This document shows positions 16,907-25,342 of a DNA stretch of 64,000 bases, piece by piece. Position 1 is the first letter of the stretch; every line of letters begins with the position of its first letter. This DNA comes from Dehalococcoidia bacterium. Its GTDB lineage: Bacteria > Chloroflexota > Dehalococcoidia > Lucifugimonadales > UBA3495. Under the pieces are notes generated by a model that saw nothing but the letters and a program-made list of their open reading frames with translations, had not been told where the DNA came from and did no database searches. The translations under genes were made by a program, and so were the position numbers. The stretch is taken from the NCBI GenBank assembly GCA_965115825.1, contig OZ220464.1, positions 1,221,306 to 1,285,305 on the forward strand. Reading direction: 5' to 3'.

Positions 16907-17257
16907 TGGGTTGTGCTTGTGCTTGTGAGGGTGGGGTGTGGCTCTGGAGGGGGATGTGGGTTGCGGGCTCTGGGGGTATGGCGATGGGGGTGGTGTGGAT
17001 GGCTGGGGGTGGTCTGAGTGGCTGGGGGTTGTCTGAATTGGGATTTGGGGGGTTGGGTGTCTGGGGGTTGGGAAACCGGAGGGGGACGGGGTTTGAGTGG
17101 GAAAGGGGTGATACGGGGCTTAGGATCGTGCAAAAATAGACAACTTCCGCGACGGGTAGGAATCAAGTGACGAATTCCGCCGCCTATGGTTGCGCCACGT
17201 AAATCGTGTAGACTGTCGCCAAAGAACAGCTTTCAATCGAAATCAAAAGGAGAAACC

Positions 17258-17581
17258 ATGGGTAAAAAATCACGGCGCCCCGGACGACGCAACCGTCACG
17301 TCAGAAGCGGAGCGTTCGGGAACAACGCGAATGCCGGCAAGGGGGCGGGAACAACTCCGCCGGTCAGACTGTCCCCAACCGGAGAGCCATGCCCAAACGG
17401 GCACACGGAGCAGGCGCAAGCGTGGATGCTCCACAGAACACCGCCAACGCGATGTGAAAGATGCGGCGAAACACCTACGTTCGGAGGGTACGCAATGAGC
17501 GCCAGCTTCGCTCCGGAAGCCAACTACGGACTACCGGAACACTCGACCAGGCAGTGGGTTGAGGAACATTACCGAACCTGA
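17258..17581 (+). CDS. hypothetical small basic protein
   Basis: The internal ATG of track ORF 17186-17581 is preceded by AAAGGAGA. N-terminus is MGKKSRRPGRRNRH. No family recognised. AT-richer than the flanks and adjacent to the transposase remnant. Confidence 0.35.
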   Translation: MGKKSRRPGRRNRHVRSGAFGNNANAGKGAGTTPPVRLSPTGEPCPNGHTEQAQAWMLHRTPPTRCERCGETPTFGGYAMSASFAPEANYGLPEHSTRQWVEEHYRT

Positions 17582-17744
17582 CGAATTTGGCGCCGTGCCG
17601 ATACCGGCCAGCTACCGGGACAGCCTATTTACCCATGCCACCTACGAGCCGGATTGCGACCACTTCAGGGAAGACTGTAATTGCGCAACAGACGTCTCCG
17701 TAATGTGGACGCTGGCAGAGTACAGCGGATAGGCACAAAGCCGA

Positions 17745-18290
17745 CTACGCTACCCGCAGCATCCCGTTTAGAGCAGCCTTCGGTCCACGCCGTGTCATCC
17801 GCGCCAGCGCCATGGCGACGAACATAACCACCGCCAACAGGAAATGCAGGCTTACCCTTGCCTCGCCCCGGCAGGTGTGGTTCTCAACCCACCCGCTTTC
17901 AAACCACCAACTGAAGAACCGCTCTACTGCCCAGCGCTTCGGATAAATACGATTCCAGTCTGGCGATGCACGGCTGATGCGCCCGCCCAAAGTGTAGGGA
18001 TCATCGTCAAAGGACTCCCATACCTCATCGTCACAAACCGAGTACCCTTTGAACGGCTCCCGCCGGCGATGGCAGCCGCCTGCGGGGCAACGGAACCCAT
18101 GTAACCCAGCCGACAAATCGGTGCCTATGAACTTCATTGCCTTTCCGCCCAGGCAAACCGGCTCGCCATTCAGAGTATGGATGTTTGACTTGGAACGATT
18201 GCGCCGGGCGATGCGTGGTATGACTGGCGCCGCGCCCAAATCGTGGATTGCTTTAACGTTCTCCCGACCATCGTAGCCTTTATCAGCCAA
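17745..18290 (-). mobile_element. IS4/IS5-type DDE transposase, C-terminal fragment (IS remnant)
   Basis: LADKGYD (second D region) and KRWAVERFFSWW (E region) are present. The N-terminal catalytic region is absent, and there is no room for it before the STAS gene. Local GC is lower than the flanks. Confidence 0.7.
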
Positions 18291-18379
18291 GAAGGTCGCG
18301 GGTGCAAACCAATCGTAGCTTACGGGGCTGGGTGGTACTGTACAGGAGGGGAGATTCGCCGTACAATAGCGGCCACCGT

Positions 18380-18453
18380 GGCGAGCTAGCGACGCTGGGC
18401 GCGTAAAAACAGGCAGGCGAGCTAGCGACGCTGCGCGAGTAAAACAACAGGCA
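18380..18453 (+). repeat. tandem 36/38-nt direct repeat in the STAS gene leader
   Basis: GGCGAGCTAGCGACGCTGGGCGCGTAAAAACAGGCA (18380-18415) is followed by GGCGAGCTAGCGACGCTGCGCGAGTAAAACAACAGGCA (18416-18453). It lies downstream of a TACAAT at 18362-18367 and ends 12 nt before the ATG. Confidence 0.85.
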
Positions 18454-18465
18454 GAGGATACAGTT

Positions 18466-18804
18466 ATGTCAATTGAAGTGAGCAGGGATAACGGGGCTCT
18501 GGTTATCCAGACGGAGGAGCGGGTGGACAGCGCGAATGCGCAAGCGTTTTATCAGGAGCTGGAGTCTGCCATTGGATCGGATGACCGGGCGGTGGTGGTG
18601 GATATGGAGCGGCTGACGTATATCAGCAGCGCGGGGCTGCGGGTGATATTGCAGACGGCCCGGAAGTTACAGCAGCAACAGGCGAAGTTTGCCATTTGCT
18701 CGCTGACCGGGACGGTGCGGGAGGTGTTTGAAATCAGCGGGTTTGACCGGGTGATTGAGATTCATGCGACACAGGAGGACGCGGTTGCGGCTGTGAACGG
18801 GTAG
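18466..18804 (+). CDS. STAS-domain anti-sigma-factor antagonist (RsbV/SpoIIAA-like)
   Basis: 112 aa with LTYISSAGLRVIL carrying the phosphorylatable Ser context. Confidence 0.9.
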   Translation: MSIEVSRDNGALVIQTEERVDSANAQAFYQELESAIGSDDRAVVVDMERLTYISSAGLRVILQTARKLQQQQAKFAICSLTGTVREVFEISGFDRVIEIHATQEDAVAAVNG

Positions 18805-19503
18805 CGGCGACAGGCGTCGTTGGAATGCCGACGTTGCGGGTTGCGCACCGGCGGAATAGTTGGCCGCTTGCACCTCAACGGTACACGATGTCCGATGCTG
18901 TGCTGCGTAGCAATTACCAGGCAAGGTGCGTCAAGCCGATGATTGCCACGCCGTTTTGCAAATGCCTCATAGTATGCGAAAGTTGCGTACGATGGGGCAG
19001 TTGGACAGCGTGGGATAAATGAGTAGGAGGCAATCATGGCTGACGCAGCAGTAGGATACCGGATACTGGTAGTTCACGATGAGCCGGACTGAGGCGTTTG
19101 AAATCGGCGGGTTTGACCGGGTGATTGAGATTCATTGAGACACAGGAGGACGCGGTTGCGGCTGTGAACGGGTAGCGGCGACAGGCGTCGTTGGAATGCC
19201 GACGTTGCGGGTTGCGCACCGGCGGAATAGTTGGCCGCTTGCAAAACGCTCTTTTCGCCGCTTGCACCTCAACGGTACACGATGTCCGATGCGCTGCTGT
19301 GTAGCAATAATCGGCTTGACGCGCCTTGCCCGATGATTGTCACGCTGTTTTGCAAGCGCCTCTATAGTGTGGGAAAGTTGCACATCGTGGGAAAGTTGCG
19401 TACCATTGGGACAGTGGCACAACGCGGGATAAATGAGTAGGAGGCAATGATGGCTGACGCAGCAGTAGGATACCGGATACTGGTAGTTGACGATGAGCCG
19501 GAC
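18721..19503 (+). repeat. diverged tandem segmental duplication (units about 18721-19089 and 19090-19503)
   Basis: The STAS 3' end, the intergenic region and the first 18 codons of the response regulator occur twice. Unit 1 ends in a truncated start, MADAAVGYRILVVHDEPD-stop (19036-19092). Unit 2 begins with a STAS 3' remnant carrying a premature TGA. Confidence 0.85.
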
Positions 19504-20610
19504 GTTGAGCCGCTGGTGCTGCAAAGGATGCGGCGGAGCATACGGTCGGGTCAGTATCAGTTCGTGTTTGCGCAAAACGGGGTGGAGGCGTTGCAGAAGC
19601 TGGAGCAGGACACGGGCATTGACATGGTGCTGTCGGACATCAATATGCCGCAGATGGACGGGCTGTCGCTGTTGGAGCGGATTCCGGAAGTGGCGCCGGA
19701 TACGCGGTCGGTAATCATATCGGCGTATGGGGACATGAAGAACATAAGGGCGGCGATGAATCGGGGAGCGTTTGACTTTGTGACGAAGCCGCTGGATTTT
19801 GAGGACTTGCGGGTGACGATTGACCGGACGCTGAAGAATTTGTCGGCCTGGCGGGAGGCGGAGTCTTCGCGGATGAGGCTGGCGGCGATTGAGAATGAGC
19901 TGGACGTGGCGAGCAAGATGCAGCAGAGTATCTTGCCGACGGGGTTTCCGACAGCGGAGCAGTACGAGGTTTTCGGGAGCATGACGCCGGCGCGGGAGGT
20001 TGGAGGGGATTTCTATGACATTTTGCAGTTGGAGAATGGGAAAATTGGGCTGGCGATTGCAGACGTTTCGGGGAAAGGGGTGCCGGCGGCGCTGTTTATG
20101 ATGGCCAGCCGAACGCTGCTGAAGGGTTCTGCTATCGGGCTGAATGACCCGGGGAGGGCGCTGAAAGAGGTGAATGACCTGCTGTATGAAGACAACGAAG
20201 CGATGATGTTCGTGACGGTGTTTTACGCGGTGTATGATCCGGAGACGCGGGAGCTGACGTATGCCAACGGCGGGCACAATATGCCGATAGTGGTTCACGC
20301 GGACGGGAGCAGCACGGTAACGCCGGGCACGAACGGGGTGGCGCTGGGCATAATGCCGAATGGGGAGTACGAACAGCACACGATTACCTGCGCGTCGGGG
20401 GACACGGTGGTTTTGTACACGGACGGGGTGACGGAGGCGATTAACGCGGAGGAGGAGGAGTTTGGGATGGAACGGCTGCGGGGGATATTCGCGGCGGCGC
20501 CTGGGGATTGTCGGAGCGCGGTGGGAGCGATTTTTGAGGCGGTGGCGGAGTTTGCGGGGGATGCGCCGCAGTTTGACGACATAACCTGTCTAGCGCTGCG
20601 GGTGAAGTGA
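19447..20610 (+). CDS. response regulator receiver fused to PP2C/SpoIIE phosphatase (RsbU-like)
   Basis: 387 aa with receiver motifs (VVDDEPD, DINMPQMDG, TKP), then GGDFYD and DVSGKG phosphatase motifs. Confidence 0.9.
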   Translation: MMADAAVGYRILVVDDEPDVEPLVLQRMRRSIRSGQYQFVFAQNGVEALQKLEQDTGIDMVLSDINMPQMDGLSLLERIPEVAPDTRSVIISAYGDMKNIRAAMNRGAFDFVTKPLDFEDLRVTIDRTLKNLSAWREAESSRMRLAAIENELDVASKMQQSILPTGFPTAEQYEVFGSMTPAREVGGDFYDILQLENGKIGLAIADVSGKGVPAALFMMASRTLLKGSAIGLNDPGRALKEVNDLLYEDNEAMMFVTVFYAVYDPETRELTYANGGHNMPIVVHADGSSTVTPGTNGVALGIMPNGEYEQHTITCASGDTVVLYTDGVTEAINAEEEEFGMERLRGIFAAAPGDCRSAVGAIFEAVAEFAGDAPQFDDITCLALRVK

Positions 20611-20619
20611 GGCACTGCC

Positions 20620-21030
20620 ATGGGTCATTCGGTGTCCTTGAAGATTGCGCCGGAGACGGGGCAGTTGGAGCGTATCGCGGCGGCGGTGGAGGATTTTGCG
20701 GAGCGCGACAACTGGCCGGCGGATTTGACTTTTAAGGTGAATCTGGCTTTGGATGAGCTGAGCGTGAATGTGGTGAATTATGGAGGGGATGCCAGCGAGA
20801 TTGAGGTTTCGCTGGCGTCGGACGGGGAGAAGGTGCGGGTGGAGATTGTGGATGACGGACAGCCTTTTGACCCGCTGAACGAGGCGCCGGAACCGGATAT
20901 TGACGCCCCACTGGAGGAGCGGGCGATTGGAGGTCTGGGGATTCACCTGGTGCGGGAGATGATGGATGAGCTGCATTACAGCCGGGAGGGGGGTAAGAAC
21001 CGGCTGGCGATGGTAAAGCGTAAGGGCTGA
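20620..21030 (+). CDS. anti-sigma regulatory Ser kinase (RsbW/SpoIIAB-like, HATPase)
   Basis: 136 aa with ELSVNVVNYG (N-box) and GGLGIHLVREMMDEL (G-box). Confidence 0.85.
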   Translation: MGHSVSLKIAPETGQLERIAAAVEDFAERDNWPADLTFKVNLALDELSVNVVNYGGDASEIEVSLASDGEKVRVEIVDDGQPFDPLNEAPEPDIDAPLEERAIGGLGIHLVREMMDELHYSREGGKNRLAMVKRKG

Positions 21031-22328
21031 TGGGGAGCGCGCTGGGATTGTCAGCGGATTGGCTGCCCCGGCTTGCCGCAGTCATCGCGTTGGCGATGGT
21101 TCTGGGCGCGGTGGGGTGTCGGCCGGCGGCGCCGAGCGACGGGGATCCGGCCGGGGTTGAGCCGGCGGCGACGCAGGATGTTCGCCGGGCGGAAGGGGAC
21201 ACGACGGGGGTGTTTTCCGACCGGGTGGTGTTTGGGCAATCGGCGGCGTTCAGCGGCCCAGCGAGCCGGTTGGGGAAGGGTATGAATCTGGGGATTTCGG
21301 TGGCTTTCGCGGAGGCTAATCGCGACGGCGGGGTTGAAGGGAGGAAGTTGGAGTTACTCAAGCTTGACGACACGTATGAGCCGGAGCTTGCCATTGCCAA
21401 CACAATTCAGTTGATTGAGGAGGAGGAGGTTTTTGCGTTAATTGGAGCGGTGGGGACGCCGACGTCGCGTTCAGCGACGCCGTTGGCGGCGGCGGCGGGG
21501 GTTCCGTATATTGCGCCGTTCACGGGGGCGGAGTTTTTGCGGGATGCGCAGCGGCTGCCGAACGTTATCAATATGCGCGCTTCGTACAATCAGGAAACGG
21601 AGGAGATGGTGGAACGGCTGGTTAACGACCTGGGGGTGGAGCGCATTGCGATAATGTATCAGGAGGATTCTTTTGGCCGGGCGGGTTTGAACGGGGCGCT
21701 GAAGGCACTGGTGGAGAAGCGGGGGATGGAACCGGCGGCGGTTGGGTTGTATCCGCGCAACACTACGGCGGTGAAGACGGCGCTACTGGATTTGCAGAGG
21801 GGAGACCCGGAGGCGGTGATTCTGGTGGGGGCGTACCGTCCGCTGGCGGAGTTTATTGCGTGGGCGCGATACGTTGGGGAGGACTGGGAGTTTATTAATA
21901 TTTCTTTCGTGGGGAGCATTGCGCTGGCGGAGGAGCTGGAGCGGCTGGATGAGAGGAAGGGGGAAGGGGTTTTTGTGACGCAGGTAGTACCGTTTCCGTA
22001 TGACGATGGGACGCCAGTGGTGGCGGAGTATCGGGAGGCGCTGGCGCGGTATGATCCGAAGGCGGAGCCGGGGTTTGTATCGTTGGAGGGTTATCTGGCG
22101 GGACGGCTGGCCATCGCGGGGTTGGAAAGGTGCGGGCAGTATTTGGATAGGGAGTGTTTTCTGGAGGGACTGCACGACACGGATGCGATTGACCTGGGCG
22201 GGTTCAGGCTGCAGTATGGGGAGGATGACAACCAGGGTTCGGACACGGTATTTTTGACGATGATTGGTGAGGATGGGGAGTATGTTGCCATAGACCGGCT
22301 TGACGAAGGCCGAAGGACGGGGAGATGA
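21030..22328 (+). CDS. periplasmic solute-binding lipoprotein (LivK/Peripla_BP_6-like)
   Basis: 432 aa with signal plus lipobox-like LGAVGC and type I PBP blocks (FGQSAAFSGPA, IGAVGTP). The start overlaps the upstream stop (TGATG). Confidence 0.8.
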   Translation: MGSALGLSADWLPRLAAVIALAMVLGAVGCRPAAPSDGDPAGVEPAATQDVRRAEGDTTGVFSDRVVFGQSAAFSGPASRLGKGMNLGISVAFAEANRDGGVEGRKLELLKLDDTYEPELAIANTIQLIEEEEVFALIGAVGTPTSRSATPLAAAAGVPYIAPFTGAEFLRDAQRLPNVINMRASYNQETEEMVERLVNDLGVERIAIMYQEDSFGRAGLNGALKALVEKRGMEPAAVGLYPRNTTAVKTALLDLQRGDPEAVILVGAYRPLAEFIAWARYVGEDWEFINISFVGSIALAEELERLDERKGEGVFVTQVVPFPYDDGTPVVAEYREALARYDPKAEPGFVSLEGYLAGRLAIAGLERCGQYLDRECFLEGLHDTDAIDLGGFRLQYGEDDNQGSDTVFLTMIGEDGEYVAIDRLDEGRRTGR

Positions 22329-24652
22329 CGGAGCGATTGAAGCGGCTGCTGGAATACCGATACCGGATTTCGGCCCAGCTGTATATGGCGCTGGGAGGCG
22401 GGGTTGCGCTGACGTTTGCGGCGAGTCTGGTGGGGTGGATTTCGTTCAATCAGGTGGACGAGGCGCAGACCCGGATGAATGAGCAGAGCGTGCCAGAGTT
22501 GGCGGCGGCTTTTTACGTAGCGCAGTATAACCAGGAGCTGGTAGCGGCGGCGGACGCGCTGACAGCGGCAACGACGTCGGAGGAAGTGGAGCAGCTGGGG
22601 GATGAGATTACGGATACCCACCAACGGTTTCAGAAGCAGTTGGCAGTTTTGGAAAGCAAGGGGGGAGAGGCGGCGCGGTTTGAGCGGATTCATACGTACT
22701 CTAACGCTTTGATCGACAATATTGCCGGCTTGAACAGCGGGATGCGGCAGAGCTGGGAGCTGGCGAGACAGGAGGAGGAGCTGCAAAAGAAGTTGGATGA
22801 GCTGACGCTGGATCTGGACAGCGTGATAGTGCCGGAGATAGACCGGCAGTTTTTTTACATTCAGACGGGATATACGGAACTGGGGAAGCCGCAATTGCCG
22901 CGCGCACGGCACATATCGGAGGGTGAACAGGCTAAGTACCGTTATCTGACGGAGTTACAGTCCAACTCCAAGATAGCGACGCAGCTGCTGGCGGGGGCGG
23001 CTATCGTATCGGACAGTTCTTTGATAGAGCCGTCGCGGGAGAGGTTTGAGTCGTCGGCGAACAATATCAGGAACAACCTGGAGCATCTGGAAGGGACGGC
23101 GCTGTATAGCAGCCTGGAGCCGCACTTTGAGCAGCTGTTGGAGTTGGGTCTGGGCGATGAGGAGGGGTTTGACCTGTTTGACCTGAGGGGGAAGCAGCTG
23201 GAGCTGGAAGGGCGCGAACAGCTGCTGCTGGCAAACAACCAGAGCATAGCGGCGCTGCTGGTGGACGAGGTGGACGCACTGGTTGGGGCAGCGGAAGGGG
23301 AAGCGCAGGATGCGGCGGATGCTTCGACGCAGGCGATTCTGGCGGGTCGCACGCTGCTGCTGGTCATCAGCTTGGGGAGCATTGGAGGGGGGCTGCTGAT
23401 TTCGTGGCTGTTTGTGGGGAGGGTGCTGGTGCGTCGGCTGGGGCTGATAGTGGGGTGGATGCGAAGCCTGGCGGCGGGGGATCTGGATACTAGGGTAGAG
23501 ATTGGGGGGCGCGATGAGGTGGCGGAGATGGCGTCGGCGCTGGAGGTGTTCCGGCACAATGCGCAGGAGGCGATACGGCTGAATCTGGTGGAGGAGCTGG
23601 CCAAGGAGCTGGAGGGGAAGAACGCGGAGCTGGAAGGCATCAATGCGCGGCTGGACAGCCAGAACAATGAGCTGGACAGCAAGAATGAGGAGCTGGAGAG
23701 CATAAACACGGAGCTGGACGGGAAGAATCATGAGCTGGAAGAGGCGATGAGCAATCTTGCGGCGGCGCAGGACCGTATCGTGGCGCAGGAGAAGCTGGCT
23801 TCACTGGGGGAGTTGACGGCCGGCGTGGCGCATGAAATCAGGAATCCGTTGAACTTTGTGAAGAATTTTTCCGAGTCTTCCGAAGAGCTTTTGGAGGAGA
23901 TGCGGGAAGCGCTGGATGAGAATGAAGACGGCAAGCTGGATGAGGAGCAGCTGGGGCTCATCAAGGATATTTTTGACGACCTGAATGAGAATATGGAGCG
24001 CATCCGCACGCATGGGGAGCGGGCGAATCGGATTGTGCAGGATATGCTGCTGATGGGGCGGGAGTCGGTGAGTCATCAGATGACGAACATCAACAACCTG
24101 CTGGACGAACACGCGCGGCTGGCGTATCACAGCGCGCGGGCGCTGGATTCGGAGTTTCAGTTGGACTTGCAGTACAACTTTGAGGAGGTGGAGGAGATCA
24201 ACGTAAATCCGAGGGACATCGGGCGGGTGTTTCTGAACATTGTGAGCAACGCTTGCTACGCTACGGATGAAAAGCGGCGGAGCCTGCTGGAAGCGGATCC
24301 GAACAGCGGCTATATGCCGACGCTGACCCTTTCCAGCAAACGACTGGACGATGGGCAGGTTGAGGTTCGCATCCGCGACAACGGGAGTGGTATGCCTGAG
24401 GATATTATTGACAAGATATTCAATCCGTTTTTCACTACCAAGCCTACCGGGCAGGGAACCGGCCTGGGCCTTTCAATCTGCAACGATATTATCCGTGAGC
24501 ATGGCGGCACGATTGAAGTGAAGTCAGAGCCGGGAGAGTACACTGAAATGGCAATCCGCCTGCCGCCGGAGCTGCCCGGAGGGCCGCATCCGGGGGGACT
24601 GCCGGACGACGATGTGGATGAAGACGATGGCGATGGGAGGGAACGGGTTTAG
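22325..24652 (+). CDS. sensor histidine kinase (two TM segments, HAMP, long coiled coil, HisKA-HATPase)
   Basis: 775 aa with H-box AHEIRNPLN and G-boxes DNGSGMP and GTGLGLSI. ATGA overlap with the upstream gene. Confidence 0.9.
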   Translation: MTERLKRLLEYRYRISAQLYMALGGGVALTFAASLVGWISFNQVDEAQTRMNEQSVPELAAAFYVAQYNQELVAAADALTAATTSEEVEQLGDEITDTHQRFQKQLAVLESKGGEAARFERIHTYSNALIDNIAGLNSGMRQSWELARQEEELQKKLDELTLDLDSVIVPEIDRQFFYIQTGYTELGKPQLPRARHISEGEQAKYRYLTELQSNSKIATQLLAGAAIVSDSSLIEPSRERFESSANNIRNNLEHLEGTALYSSLEPHFEQLLELGLGDEEGFDLFDLRGKQLELEGREQLLLANNQSIAALLVDEVDALVGAAEGEAQDAADASTQAILAGRTLLLVISLGSIGGGLLISWLFVGRVLVRRLGLIVGWMRSLAAGDLDTRVEIGGRDEVAEMASALEVFRHNAQEAIRLNLVEELAKELEGKNAELEGINARLDSQNNELDSKNEELESINTELDGKNHELEEAMSNLAAAQDRIVAQEKLASLGELTAGVAHEIRNPLNFVKNFSESSEELLEEMREALDENEDGKLDEEQLGLIKDIFDDLNENMERIRTHGERANRIVQDMLLMGRESVSHQMTNINNLLDEHARLAYHSARALDSEFQLDLQYNFEEVEEINVNPRDIGRVFLNIVSNACYATDEKRRSLLEADPNSGYMPTLTLSSKRLDDGQVEVRIRDNGSGMPEDIIDKIFNPFFTTKPTGQGTGLGLSICNDIIREHGGTIEVKSEPGEYTEMAIRLPPELPGGPHPGGLPDDDVDEDDGDGRERV

Positions 24653-24660
24653 TCGTGGAA

Positions 24661-25335
24661 ATGCGGATTGAGCAGGTACTGGCGGGGTCGCCCTATGAAG
24701 GCGAGGCAGGGGAGGGCCTGGCGTTGCGCACGAACCGGGGGGATATTCGGGCGATACTGCACGCCGCGCCGGAATCTACGCGGGCAGTGGTATGGGTCTG
24801 CGGAGCGCGGGGTGGGTTCGGAGGGCCGGCGTCGGGGATGTACGCTGAACTGGCGGAGGAGTTTGTGGGGCAGGGCATTACCTCGCTGCGGCTGGACTAC
24901 CGGGAGGCGAACAACATTCAGGAGTGTGCGCTTGACCTGCTGGCGGGGGTAAATTTTCTGCGGGCAAGGGGCTACGGGCCGGCGGTAGTGGTGGGACATT
25001 CTTTCGGGGGCGCGGTAGTCATCGCGGGCGGGGCTTGCAGCGACCACGTTGCGGGGGTGGTTTCGCTGTCGCCGCAGACTTACGGAGCGCAGGGGGCGGG
25101 AATGCTCTCGCCGACGCCGCTGCTGGTGGCGCACGGCAAGGCGGACACGCGGCTGCCATTCTCCTGCGCGGTGGCGATATATGACTGGGCGAAGGAACCG
25201 CGGGAGCTGGTCTTGTATGAAGGGGCGGAGCATCGGCTGGATGAATGTCGCGGCGAGCTGATGGACTTTCTGCGGGAATGGATACCGAAGCGGCTGGGCG
25301 ACGGAAGGCTTGATGCGGATGGAAACTCTGAATGA
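24661..25335 (+). CDS. alpha/beta hydrolase (dienelactone-hydrolase-like)
   Basis: Carries the GHSFGG nucleophile elbow and a late HGKADTRLP/EHRL motif. The start is either ATG 24661 or GTG 24655. Confidence 0.75.
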   Translation: MRIEQVLAGSPYEGEAGEGLALRTNRGDIRAILHAAPESTRAVVWVCGARGGFGGPASGMYAELAEEFVGQGITSLRLDYREANNIQECALDLLAGVNFLRARGYGPAVVVGHSFGGAVVIAGGACSDHVAGVVSLSPQTYGAQGAGMLSPTPLLVAHGKADTRLPFSCAVAIYDWAKEPRELVLYEGAEHRLDECRGELMDFLREWIPKRLGDGRLDADGNSE

Positions 25336-25342
25336 CGGGGCG

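Noticed and set aside
19132-20379. 415-aa minus-strand ORF
   Set aside because: It is antisense to the receiver-PP2C gene and Arg/His/Pro/Gln-rich with no motifs.
22942-23731. Two about 255-aa minus-strand ORFs opposite the histidine kinase
   Set aside because: They are Ser/Leu/Gln-rich mirror frames of the kinase coiled-coil region. The plus-strand gene has clear HAMP/HisKA/HATPase motifs.
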